A stretch of 32,000 nucleotides of DNA from an uncultured archaeon (lineage in GTDB: Archaea; Asgardarchaeota; Thorarchaeia; Thorarchaeales; Thorarchaeaceae), in NCBI GenBank assembly GCA_964354495.1, contig CAYHAA010000004.1, positions 167,208-199,207 of the forward strand. The letters are read 5' to 3'. The notes beneath the pieces are model-generated. The model searched no databases and had not been told where the DNA came from. It saw only the letters and a list, made by a program, of their open reading frames with translations. Both the position numbers and the translations under genes were made by a program. Position 1 is the first letter of the stretch. Each line of letters begins with the position of its first letter. This document shows positions 8,594-17,666 of the stretch, one piece after another.

Positions 8594-9418
8594 ATGCAAG
8601 ACCTGATTCAGGACGGAAGTTTTGTCTACATATTTCTTGATGCAAAGCGAAATTGGATTCGCAAAGTCCAGGCTGGAGAGAGCTTCCACTCAAATAAGGG
8701 ACTCATCAAGTACGACGACATCATTGGCAAGCCCTACGGTATCAGGACTGTGAGCCACTCGGGTGTTGTCTTCCAGGTGCACAGACCAAGCCCAACTGAT
8801 ATTCAGATATCTATGGGCCGAAACACGCAGATCATCTACCCAAAAGACGCGGGCACAATCCTTGTTGAGGCAGGTATTGGTGCAGGTTCACGCGTTGTCG
8901 AGGCCGGTACAGGCTCAGCTGCACTCACCGGTATGCTGGCACGAGCTGTGGGTCCGACAGGCCATGTCTACACCTATGAGATTCGAGAAGACATGTTCCA
9001 GGGAGCAAGGAAGAATCTGGAGAAATTCGGACTGACTGAGAATGTCACCCAATACAACCAAGATATTCTTCAGGGCATCAAGGAAGAGGATATCGATGCC
9101 GTCGTGCTGGACTTGGCAACACCATGGGAAGTCGTCGATGAGGCGCATAGAGTGCTTAAACCGAGTCATCACCTAGCAAGCTACAGTCCTACGATTGAAC
9201 AGGTCATGAAGACATGCACTGCCTTGGCTCGTGATGGAAAGTGGGGCATGATTAAGACGCTAGAAATCTTTGAGCGGGAGATCATGGTCAGAGAGAACAA
9301 GACCCGACCAACCACGTGGATGGTCGGACATACAGGGTATATGACATTTGCACGTAGTATGATAGAGCAAGAGGAGTACAAATCTTCAGAGTCAGTTCGA
9401 CAGGAAACAAAGCCTTAA
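8594..9418 (+). CDS. trmI: tRNA (adenine-N1)-methyltransferase (TrmI/GCD14)
   Basis: TQIIYPKD, SAM motif VVEAGTGSAALT, TYEIRED, VVLDLATPW, YSPTIEQV, VGHTGY. Confidence 0.93.
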   Translation: MQDLIQDGSFVYIFLDAKRNWIRKVQAGESFHSNKGLIKYDDIIGKPYGIRTVSHSGVVFQVHRPSPTDIQISMGRNTQIIYPKDAGTILVEAGIGAGSRVVEAGTGSAALTGMLARAVGPTGHVYTYEIREDMFQGARKNLEKFGLTENVTQYNQDILQGIKEEDIDAVVLDLATPWEVVDEAHRVLKPSHHLASYSPTIEQVMKTCTALARDGKWGMIKTLEIFEREIMVRENKTRPTTWMVGHTGYMTFARSMIEQEEYKSSESVRQETKP

Positions 9419-9440
9419 GTGCGCCCATTCCGTCTAGCTT

Positions 9441-9477
9441 GTTGTCGATTATTGTCGACGGTTGTTGATATTGATGA
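9441..9477. repeat. Helically phased imperfect direct repeats (TTGTCGA-like, 10-bp period)
   Basis: TTGTCGA at 9442 and 9452, TTGTTGA at 9462, TTGATGA at 9471, in the trmI to small-ORF spacer. Confidence 0.6.
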
Positions 9478-9503
9478 CTTATCGGCACAAGCGGGACCCG
9501 TGT

Positions 9504-9806
9504 ATGAAGAACGCCAAGGAAATCATTGAAGACATCCTTCGGGCGAAAGATGCTGATTACGATCTGACAGTTTCATCGCACAAGGGTTACTCTCTAAAGC
9601 GAAGGGATATGGTTCATAACGAGAATGGATCGAATGTTTTAGAGAGCGATGGTGCTAGAGAATGTACAGACCTCGATGAGATGGGGAACTACCGACCATG
9701 TCAGGAGATTGACTTTGAGGTCATGGAAGTCAAAGAGATCTTCGAGAAGAAGAAGAAGCGGAGAAACTACATCGAGTTTAGAGAGGACCATGTGAAAGCC
9801 AGATAA
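9504..9806 (+). CDS. Hypothetical protein (about 100 aa, charged)
   Basis: Co-oriented ORF 12 nt before the next gene. ATG 9504 is preferred over the track start at 9462, whose extension runs through the repeat array. Confidence 0.6.
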   Translation: MKNAKEIIEDILRAKDADYDLTVSSHKGYSLKRRDMVHNENGSNVLESDGARECTDLDEMGNYRPCQEIDFEVMEVKEIFEKKKKRRNYIEFREDHVKAR

Positions 9807-9818
9807 GGAGAGGATGGA

Positions 9819-10193
9819 GTGTCCAACAACCACGATTTTGAAACGCTTGAGAAAGAGGTTCGAGAACTCAAGAAGACTGTCTACAGTCTCAAGAATACAG
9901 TCATTGAGCTCACAAACCAGCTGGAGTTGAGTGGCGGAGCCTCACCATATGAAGGCGGGCAGTACAGCATATTCACCAACAAATCCAACACGCTTGAGGG
10001 TGACGTGAGCTGGAACAGACTTCTCACTCTACTGAACAATGCTGAGCAAGGTCTCACTACGACAGAACTTGCAAAAAGATGGGGAAAGTCGAGGACGCGC
10101 ACAAGTGAGGTACTGAATAAGCTGGCTGATGATGGCCAGATTGTCAAGTATAGAGATGGTCGGTTGATTCGATTCCGACCAGCTGAAGACTAA
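9819..10193 (+). CDS. Coiled-coil + winged-helix DNA-binding protein (putative regulator)
   Basis: N-terminal heptads LEKEVRELKKTVYSLKNTVIEL; C-terminal wHTH LTTTELAKRWGKSRTRTSEVLNKLADDGQIVKYRDGRLIRF; AGGAG RBS upstream of the GTG start. Confidence 0.8.
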   Translation: MSNNHDFETLEKEVRELKKTVYSLKNTVIELTNQLELSGGASPYEGGQYSIFTNKSNTLEGDVSWNRLLTLLNNAEQGLTTTELAKRWGKSRTRTSEVLNKLADDGQIVKYRDGRLIRFRPAED

Positions 10194-10388
10194 TCTATGA
10201 CTGTCGTTTCAGGACTGCTTCAGGGTAAGAGTTTTCCCTCTCAAAAGAGGAGAGCGTGCTATTGCTCATGGTAAGTCATCAGATATGACTCAGAAGACAG
10301 TAGGCGCTACTTTCGTTTGGCGTAAGTACTCTTAAGTAAGTGCTAAGCTATTCACGCATGGGCAAGACTCATCTAGGAGGACCCATGA

Positions 10389-12713
10389 TTGGCCAATGCT
10401 CTACCCGGCTCCGAGAAGACAGATAGCACGCCTATCGAAGACGCTACAGTCTACACAAGTACGTTGTTTGAACTGAACCTAAAGGCGCAGGATGCTGTGA
10501 GGGACTTTGCTCTTCATGATATTGATGATGAGGAAGGCCTTGAGAAAGATCGTATTGCCATGCACGATGCATTCACGGAACTATATGATAGTGTAGCAGC
10601 ATTCGGTGAGCAGGTCATGATGGGAGACTTCGACATGGCCTACCTGAGGAACCGGATAGCAGAATCTGAGGGGGAAGTGAAGCAACAGCTCGAGACTGCA
10701 GTCGAGGAGCTCACTGCAGAGAACCAAAAAAATCTGGGAGATGTATGGATGGCAAAGGTCCTGGCATGGCTGCATCAGGCAGCTGCTGCAAGTGGACCAT
10801 TCGTAGAGAACGAACATGATGACAAGCATCGTAGTGCGTCAAAGTACCTTGCGCGAGTGTACACAATGCTTGAGAAACCCTTCTCAGCAATTCCACAGAA
10901 GGTGGACGGAACACAGAAACTTCGGAGGGTCGCCCTTGGCTCTCAGGCGTACAATCTCTTGAAAGAATCATATGAAGAGAACGACGCGGAGTTCACATCA
11001 ATTCTTGGAAATAACAAGAGCGCTGAGGCTGAATTCTATGACGAGTTCCTAAACGAATTGATTGGTCAAGAGAGCACATTTCGACAGGCCTTCAATCCGT
11101 TTGATGAATTAATCTGGAGAGACATTCTCAGCTCCTTCATCTTTGAACAGGCCACCGATCTGTACAATGAGGCCATACCACTCTTCTCAAAGATCCGGGA
11201 ATACAGAGAAAAAGTTTCAACAATGAAGTCGTGGAAGAGCAATACAGCAGGTCTGAGTGAGGTCTATCTTGCAATGACCTATACCGACATTGCAGATGCG
11301 CAAATGAGAGCCGGTAACCTGGAGGATGCAGCCAAGCTCTATTTGGTCGCCTCAGAGGCCTTTGGGAGAGCTGAGAAATGTTTCAGAGAGGTCATCGCAC
11401 TTCATCCAAATGCTGAACAATCCAAATTCGACAAAGAACAAAAGAAGGCGCTGAGCTTATTCTGCAGTGCGGAGGCATTGGTGCAGAGTCTCACCGAGCT
11501 CATCAGATACAACAACAAGACAGCATCGAAGGACGCACTGAAGGAGATCTTCAAGAATCTCAACAAAGCCGAAAAACTGGAAAAGACAAGAGAGCTAGAA
11601 GGTGCAATCAAGGAGGAGCTCAAGACATTCACTTTTGTTGAGGGCCTCCTGAAGAAGAAAGGTGATGACATCAGTGGAATCATCGATCAAATCGACTTTG
11701 CCAAGGACTTGCGAAAGACAGGCCTGATTCAAGATATCAGCAAGGCCCTGGACGAGGCTGGGGGTCTAATGAGTAAGAAACCTGCAGACTCATTGGATTC
11801 CATCAGAGAGGCTCTCAATACTTTGGGAATTCTCCTCAGCCTAGAACCCGAAGATGAGGAAGTCGGCAAGTTGAGGAACAAGACGCTGGCTCTTCTGAAC
11901 AATATCAAGTACATGATACAGTTCCAGCTCAGCTCTCAATTGCAGCATGGTGTCAAGTTTATTCTCTCTCGGATTCTGGAGAATCTCCATGCAGAAGAGG
12001 CGGCGTCCTACTACAAGGTGATTGGGGAAGACCAGAACTGTGAAGAGCTGAAGGACCTTGGCAAACTGGCACTCGCCACAGCATTTGCCTCAGAGGCGCA
12101 GGTCTATTCGCGTCAATCTGACCAATGGGCATTCCGAGCACAGATTGAACGTGTGAATGCCTTTGAGAAGCTAAAAGACGAACTTGCTATTCTTGAAGAA
12201 GAGGATCCCGTTGAAGGCGCCATGGAAACGCATGATGACACTATCAACAAGATCAAGCAGACTGTCGCATCCTTTGAGGCGGCAGCAAATGAACTGAATA
12301 GTGTCAAGGGTGCTGAGATTCGAAACAAGAACAATGTTGAGACTCAGGTGAAACAGCTTCAGGGAGTAGTCATGAAGTTCAGAGGAGACCTCTCGAGACT
12401 AGAGGGAGCAAAGAGCGACTTCATGGCAGAGTACATGTTTCGGAAGGGAGAGAAGTCCAAGGCCAAAATCCACTATACCGAAGCCAATGACCAGCTGAGA
12501 GAAGCAGTAGGTAATTACACTGTTGCGGCACAGGTATTCCAGCAGGTCGGCGATGCTCAGTCAGCACAGACTGTGGATGGGAAGGCAAAGACCACGGACT
12601 TGCTAGCACGCAGCATCTGGGATAATAGACAACGGATGGACCAGGACCAAGAACCCACCCAGAAAGGGAATTCTGAGCTTGCAGCTCTGTACCTTGCGAC
12701 GAGTAGTCAGTAG
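10389..12713 (+). CDS. Large all-alpha (TPR/solenoid-like) hypothetical protein, 774 aa
   Basis: Ala/Glu/Lys/Leu-rich helical pattern with TPR-like segments (e.g. DAQMRAGNLEDAAKLYLVASEAF). AGGAGG RBS 8 nt before TTG. Confidence 0.8.
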   Translation: MANALPGSEKTDSTPIEDATVYTSTLFELNLKAQDAVRDFALHDIDDEEGLEKDRIAMHDAFTELYDSVAAFGEQVMMGDFDMAYLRNRIAESEGEVKQQLETAVEELTAENQKNLGDVWMAKVLAWLHQAAAASGPFVENEHDDKHRSASKYLARVYTMLEKPFSAIPQKVDGTQKLRRVALGSQAYNLLKESYEENDAEFTSILGNNKSAEAEFYDEFLNELIGQESTFRQAFNPFDELIWRDILSSFIFEQATDLYNEAIPLFSKIREYREKVSTMKSWKSNTAGLSEVYLAMTYTDIADAQMRAGNLEDAAKLYLVASEAFGRAEKCFREVIALHPNAEQSKFDKEQKKALSLFCSAEALVQSLTELIRYNNKTASKDALKEIFKNLNKAEKLEKTRELEGAIKEELKTFTFVEGLLKKKGDDISGIIDQIDFAKDLRKTGLIQDISKALDEAGGLMSKKPADSLDSIREALNTLGILLSLEPEDEEVGKLRNKTLALLNNIKYMIQFQLSSQLQHGVKFILSRILENLHAEEAASYYKVIGEDQNCEELKDLGKLALATAFASEAQVYSRQSDQWAFRAQIERVNAFEKLKDELAILEEEDPVEGAMETHDDTINKIKQTVASFEAAANELNSVKGAEIRNKNNVETQVKQLQGVVMKFRGDLSRLEGAKSDFMAEYMFRKGEKSKAKIHYTEANDQLREAVGNYTVAAQVFQQVGDAQSAQTVDGKAKTTDLLARSIWDNRQRMDQDQEPTQKGNSELAALYLATSSQ

Positions 12714-12720
12714 ATGACTG

Positions 12721-14892
12721 CTATTGATAGGCGTAGACGGGTTGTGCTGACTCGATTTTCATTTGGATCGTATGGATACGTCTTGCCCGGAAGGGCATGA
12801 ACTCGACACCGCCTGCATGGTAGAACTTACTGAACCATTCAACATAGTGGAGCCTCAGAGTGTGCATGAACCCTAGCAGACCCTCCAGAAGCCCCACAAT
12901 GAATGTGCCCATGATGGCACCCAGCAATGGGAGGCTGGCAGGCACATGCTCCCCTTCAACAATGAACTCATGAGGAATAATCTCCACCCCAAACAACTCC
13001 AAGGCAGGGAATGTGATTATGACCACCGCAGGCAACATCTCGATGAATACGGAGCTCAGAATGACATGGACCGTGTTCAGGGCGAAGATACGAGCATAGC
13101 TGACAGTGTGACTGATCATGCCAATTGCATGTTCTAGGAAAGCTACCATACCTTCCATTCCAGTCAACATAGAAGCAACAGCCATGATGGCAAAAGGAAT
13201 GATGAAGAATGCTATTGAGAAGACCATGGGAGAGAGCGGCAAGGCAGGATATACTCCATTATTGCCTGTTCCATATCCTATACCTGCAATCGGTATCCAG
13301 AGATACACATTGTCTGTTGTACTGAACCACTTACCAACACTGTTGTAACTCACTCCAAATAGCAGGTTGACAAAGCCAATGTAGAGAATAAGATATGAGG
13401 CAGCAGCGATAGCTTCTTTGTAGCTCTTGTGCTTCAACTTGTTATAGAGATTGAGAACGATTCCCAGAGAGAGATGAATCGCGCCAACCTCGATTGAGAG
13501 CTTCAACATGTGTGAGTCTCTGTAGGGATTCTTCACACCATCAATTGTATGAGCAAACGTCTGCCAGAGTGGTTCGATGACGGTCTCAGCGCCGAAGAAG
13601 CTGCCGAATAAGAACCCGCCAATCGTTGCAGCGATTCCCATCATAATCAGCCCCTCAGCTCCATTCTGGACATATCCCATAATTGCACCCCAGCTCTGAC
13701 CCTTCCTCTTGGCCCGCAAAGCGATCAGTCCAATGAGTATTATTAGAGGACCCTGACCTGCATCAGCAAAGACAAGACCAAAGATGATTGGAAATGTTAG
13801 CCACATGATTTTGGTTGGGTCAAGATCGTGCCGGGAGGGAACACCAAATGACTTCACAACATCCTCGGTGGGTGCCATGAAGGAGGGGTTCGAAAGACAG
13901 GTCGGTGCTTCATGATCTGCGAATTCGGGCTTGTCAAAGGTCACTTCCAGAGCTGCACCCACGCTGGCGCGAAGAATCGGTTCCAACTGGGACTCCCTGC
14001 TCTCTGGAATCCAGCCCCACATCTTGATGGACTGGTCTGTGTACACAATATATCTTTTGACCTCAATCCGTCTTCTCTCAACATCAAGAGCTTCCCATCC
14101 ACCAAGAATTCTGCGGCCCCACTCACGAGCAATAGTCTTCTTTCTCTGAGTCAGGTTCTCAATCTCTTCCTCCAGCTGCTGCACTCGCTGGTCTGCATCT
14201 TCAACAATCTGCTCAGGTCTGCCACTCTCACCCTCCGGAATTGTGAATGCCTCGAACTCCAGAGCAGTGAGGATTCTCTCTACAGCATCTTTGAGCTCGA
14301 CCGGGACTGTAATGACGCAGGCATAGGCACCGCTTTTCAAGGAGTATGTACTGAGAGTGAAGGCGCCTTCGGTCACCTCTTTGAGGCTCCACTCGAGTTC
14401 ATCTTGCCTCCCTGATGGGACCAGTCCTGCAGTCGTGAACGTGAATTCTGTGGTACGAATGAGGCTCGGGTCGATTCCAAGAGGTTTCAGAGAGGTGGCA
14501 ACAGCCTTGATTCCATTCTGACGTTCTGACTCAGTTCGAGCAACAATGAGCCCAGTGTCAAGCTCAAGGGCCTCGCTCTCAACCGCATCGATCACTTCGG
14601 ATGCAATCTTGAGGGAGTTCTGAATTGTCGAGTCATCGATCTCCAGGACTTTGCCTGAACGTCCCTCTTGAGAGAGCTCGAGCGTACTGACAATCTTCTG
14701 CAGTCGATCCAGCAAGCTGAACGCGGTCTCCTCTTCTTGAGTCCTCTTTGCTTCAGCAAGACCGGCTTGGCGTCGTACGTCAATGAACTCGAAAGACCCA
14801 AACTCTTCGAGGGCGAGCAAGACACGGCGCTCTAGGTCTCTATGGGACACCACCTTTGCAACAATCATCTTCTCAGGACTCAGGAGACCCAT
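12721..14892 (-). CDS. atpI: A/V-type ATP synthase subunit I (a)
   Basis: IIFGLVFADAGQG, essential Arg in SHTVSYARIFAL, and HTLRLHYVEWFSKFY..GG..F.PF. Start refined to ATG 14892 (MGLLSPEKM), with GGTGA RBS 5 nt upstream. Confidence 0.95.
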   Translation of the reverse strand: MGLLSPEKMIVAKVVSHRDLERRVLLALEEFGSFEFIDVRRQAGLAEAKRTQEEETAFSLLDRLQKIVSTLELSQEGRSGKVLEIDDSTIQNSLKIASEVIDAVESEALELDTGLIVARTESERQNGIKAVATSLKPLGIDPSLIRTTEFTFTTAGLVPSGRQDELEWSLKEVTEGAFTLSTYSLKSGAYACVITVPVELKDAVERILTALEFEAFTIPEGESGRPEQIVEDADQRVQQLEEEIENLTQRKKTIAREWGRRILGGWEALDVERRRIEVKRYIVYTDQSIKMWGWIPESRESQLEPILRASVGAALEVTFDKPEFADHEAPTCLSNPSFMAPTEDVVKSFGVPSRHDLDPTKIMWLTFPIIFGLVFADAGQGPLIILIGLIALRAKRKGQSWGAIMGYVQNGAEGLIMMGIAATIGGFLFGSFFGAETVIEPLWQTFAHTIDGVKNPYRDSHMLKLSIEVGAIHLSLGIVLNLYNKLKHKSYKEAIAAASYLILYIGFVNLLFGVSYNSVGKWFSTTDNVYLWIPIAGIGYGTGNNGVYPALPLSPMVFSIAFFIIPFAIMAVASMLTGMEGMVAFLEHAIGMISHTVSYARIFALNTVHVILSSVFIEMLPAVVIITFPALELFGVEIIPHEFIVEGEHVPASLPLLGAIMGTFIVGLLEGLLGFMHTLRLHYVEWFSKFYHAGGVEFMPFRARRIHTIQMKIESAQPVYAYQ

Positions 14893-15045
14893 TGTCATCA
14901 CCATAGTCACAGCCGCGCTTACAAAACGCAGGGCTGCGTGAGTGTTGGCTCGCTCAAGCCTCAATAAATACCCTTTGTGACAGGTCAATGTTTATCTAGG
15001 GTTTGGTCAGCAGAACTCACAATACGATGTCTGGAGATTTGACCC

Positions 15046-15369
15046 TTGTGCGCAGCCCATGAAGACATAGACCAAATCAATAAGAGTGAAAAAGCAGCCC
15101 GAGGTAGGATAGAGGAGGCAGAAAAGTGGGCTCGTAGTATACAGGAAGAGGCAGACAAAGAGGCCAATGCCCTTATAGCAAAGGCTGAACATGATGCAAA
15201 GAAGAAGGCCACGAAAACACTCTCTGGGATTGAAGGAAAGAAAGGAGAGATAGAGGCAGCAGTCCTCAGCGACGCCCAGCAGAAGATTGACGTCCTTCGC
15301 AAGAACGCCGAGAAGAAGAAGGCCAAGGCATCAGAAGCGGCACTGAAGATATTGATAGAGGAGGCCTAG
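15046..15369 (+). CDS. atpH: A/V-type ATP synthase peripheral stalk subunit H (G)
   Basis: 107-aa A/E/K-rich coiled coil (EKAARGRIEEAEKWARSIQEEA) directly before subunit E; GGAGA RBS before TTG. Confidence 0.8.
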   Translation: MCAAHEDIDQINKSEKAARGRIEEAEKWARSIQEEADKEANALIAKAEHDAKKKATKTLSGIEGKKGEIEAAVLSDAQQKIDVLRKNAEKKKAKASEAALKILIEEA

Positions 15370-15373
15370 AGAT

Positions 15374-16000
15374 ATGAGCGGAATCTCCAATATCATCGAC
15401 ATCATCAATACAAAGACGACAGAGAAAGAGAATGAGATAATCCAAGAAGCAGAGAGGCATAAACGCCTCAAGCTCGAGGAGGCTGAGAGAAGGGCAAGTG
15501 AGGCTGCTGATGTAATCACGAAGAAAGCAGAACTTCAAGCTAAATCAGAGCTGTCCAGGTATGAAGCAAGTGCCAAACTCAAGTCCAAGTATCAACTTCT
15601 CAACTCGAAAGAAGCATTGATTAAAGATGTGCTCAGCACAACCATACAGAAACTAGACAGCATTGTAGGCAAGGCAGAATACAAGAGAGTGCTCGCAAGA
15701 CTGGCAATTGACGGAGGAATAGCCCTCCACGGAGACGCTCTTGAGTTGGTCCTACCAAAGAATCACGCAGCCTATCTTGACTTGGCAGAGATTGAGACAG
15801 CTGTTTCAAAAGAAACTAAGAAGAAGACTAAGATGTCCATCTCAAAGGAGAACGTTCGATCCAAAGGCGGTCTCATTATCAGGACACCAGACTCAAAACG
15901 CCTTGTGGACAACACATTTGAGGCAAGACTAGAACGCTTGGAAAACAAAGCGAGAGTTGAGATTGCCAGTGTTCTATTCAAGACTGATGATAAGAAGTAG
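15374..16000 (+). CDS. atpE: A/V-type ATP synthase subunit E
   Basis: N-terminal coiled coil plus the C-terminal signature GGLIIRTPDSKRLVDNTFEARLE. Confidence 0.93.
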   Translation: MSGISNIIDIINTKTTEKENEIIQEAERHKRLKLEEAERRASEAADVITKKAELQAKSELSRYEASAKLKSKYQLLNSKEALIKDVLSTTIQKLDSIVGKAEYKRVLARLAIDGGIALHGDALELVLPKNHAAYLDLAEIETAVSKETKKKTKMSISKENVRSKGGLIIRTPDSKRLVDNTFEARLERLENKARVEIASVLFKTDDKK

Positions 16001-16041
16001 AGTGTGGAAGATCCACCTCTACTACTCAGTGTCAGTCTTTT

Positions 16042-16443
16042 CTAAGCAAGAACTGTACTAATGAGTCCTATCAGAAGAAAAGCAATGACGAATCCGTAAA
16101 TAGCCACAGCCTCAATGAAGACAACGTAGAGAATACTCTTGCCGAAGGTCTCTGGCTTTTCCGTGATTGCTCCGAGAGCTGCTGCTGAAGCAGTTCCCAT
16201 TCCCAGGCCAGCGCCGACACCGGCTAGACCCAGAGCTAAGCCCGCTCCAATCGCAAGACCCATGATGGCCAGACCGGCATCCGAGATAACTTGAAGCATC
16301 TCAAAGCCTGTGTCAGGGACTACTCGTAATGCGCTCAAAGAAGCTGATCCATCAATTATAGCTAGTAGCAATACTCCTAGAGCTGTCACTATTGCACCCA
16401 AGCTGAACAAGACCAGACTTGCAACGCGATTGTCGATTCTCAT
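16042..16443 (-). CDS. atpK: A/V-type ATP synthase proteolipid subunit K (c), single hairpin with extra N-terminal TM
   Basis: GLAGVGAGLGMG, AITEKPETFGK, ion-binding Glu in FIEAVAIYG. Start refined to ATG 16443 (GGAGGA RBS 7 nt upstream). Confidence 0.93.
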   Translation of the reverse strand: MRIDNRVASLVLFSLGAIVTALGVLLLAIIDGSASLSALRVVPDTGFEMLQVISDAGLAIMGLAIGAGLALGLAGVGAGLGMGTASAAALGAITEKPETFGKSILYVVFIEAVAIYGFVIAFLLIGLISTVLA

Positions 16444-16461
16444 TTGATTTTCCTCCAACTC

Positions 16462-17523
16462 TCACAAGATTGTTATCATTCGTCTTATTGTTTCGGCAGA
16501 CTCGCCTCGTTCAATCCCAACTGCAATGGATCGAATATTACGAATCTCATATTGTTTGAGACTAAAGAATCCAATGATTGTGCCCAGATGAAATGGAAAG
16601 GCAGTCATTAGTCTTTTGATTCCCTGAGCTATGTAGTCCTCAATGGCTAGTTCTACGTTTCCCAAATCATTGGTGTCCTCATAGAGCCTTGCAAGGCGAC
16701 CTCCTAGCTGTGCAAACCGTGTGGAATCGAGTTTCGCAAGCACTTCCCTCCATGTTCGCGCATTCAGAATAGACTCTGTGAGTTCACGTGTCCGGGAAAA
16801 CCTTACAAGCGATAGCTCCAAGGCGCGAGGTTTTAGCTGAAGCAATACAGCTCGAAGCCCGGTCAGAACACTTCTAAGAGTCACTCTGGAATCGATGATG
16901 TCAAGAACTCGGTCTTGCTCATCATCTGAAAATCCCTTTAGTGCCTCAAGCATATTCCGAAGATACCACTCCTCGACGGCAACCTCAAGAGGTGCTGTCG
17001 AGTCGAACTCCTGATAACTTGGAACGCGCGTAAGAAGTGCAACCTTCAGATCCCACTGAGGAAGAAGGTCAATCATTCGCTGAATCGAGCCAGAGTCCAC
17101 GAGCGTCTGGAAGAGGGCTGCCTGTACCGGAGATGTGGGAACTGAGAACCTCAGAATCTCATCCTTTTCAAGGCCAACATGGAGACCCCGAAGGATTGAC
17201 TTGATACTCTCTGCGAAAAACATCTCCAGATAGGCATCCACAAAGTGCTGTACTTTTCCAGTCAGCGATCGCGACAGACTCGAGCTCACATCAGCAAAAT
17301 CCTGAGAGAGAATGAGACCAAGCTCGTCAAGACTTGGGACTGAAGTCTGCGAGTGTTTACTCATGATAGACCCGTAGTAGGTCCCTGACAGTATCTTGAT
17401 GAAATCCGGATAACTGCTAGCTTGGAGTAGACTCTCATATGTGCCAATCGTCAGAAATCGAGACTTCATGCCTCGAATCCGCGCATTGACAAAACCATAC
17501 TCTCTAGCAGCTCCTGACGACAT
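16462..17523 (-). CDS. atpC: A/V-type ATP synthase subunit C (d)
   Basis: YGFVNARIRGMKSRFL at the N-terminus; FFSLKQYEIRNIRSIAVG at the C-terminus. Confidence 0.92.
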   Translation of the reverse strand: MSSGAAREYGFVNARIRGMKSRFLTIGTYESLLQASSYPDFIKILSGTYYGSIMSKHSQTSVPSLDELGLILSQDFADVSSSLSRSLTGKVQHFVDAYLEMFFAESIKSILRGLHVGLEKDEILRFSVPTSPVQAALFQTLVDSGSIQRMIDLLPQWDLKVALLTRVPSYQEFDSTAPLEVAVEEWYLRNMLEALKGFSDDEQDRVLDIIDSRVTLRSVLTGLRAVLLQLKPRALELSLVRFSRTRELTESILNARTWREVLAKLDSTRFAQLGGRLARLYEDTNDLGNVELAIEDYIAQGIKRLMTAFPFHLGTIIGFFSLKQYEIRNIRSIAVGIERGESAETIRRMITIL

Positions 17524-17584
17524 CGCAATATTTCCTGTCGATTCTCAATCTGATGAAGACTGATGTGCTGACAATACAGGCACG

Positions 17585-17592
17585 ATATAAAA
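17585..17592. promoter_or_regulatory. Putative bidirectional TATA box between atpC and the 4-TM gene
   Basis: ATATAAAA on plus / TTTTATAT on minus, in the divergent spacer. Confidence 0.5.
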
Positions 17593-17666
17593 GTGGCGAA
17601 CGCGCAAAGCAGCGCTCTTTGTAGAAGAGTTCAAATAATGAACTGCTCACAGGTTCACTGGTCATT

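Noticed and set aside
13912-14415. 167-aa plus-strand ORF
   Set aside because: Lies antisense within atpI; no independent signals.
14893-14988. Longer N-terminal extensions in the ORF track (atpI; also the FGGY kinase, UPF0182, def and dehydrogenase)
   Set aside because: Downstream ATGs fit family N-termini, and in several cases RBS spacing, better. The extensions run through promoter spacers.
14985-15326. 113-aa minus-strand ORF
   Set aside because: Antisense mirror of the A/E/K-rich subunit H gene.
16010-16019. GATCCACCTC shared with 28846-28855, both in convergent spacers and resembling the 16S 3' end
   Set aside because: A single shared 10-mer is near chance level across all intergenic DNA, and there is no surrounding rRNA similarity.
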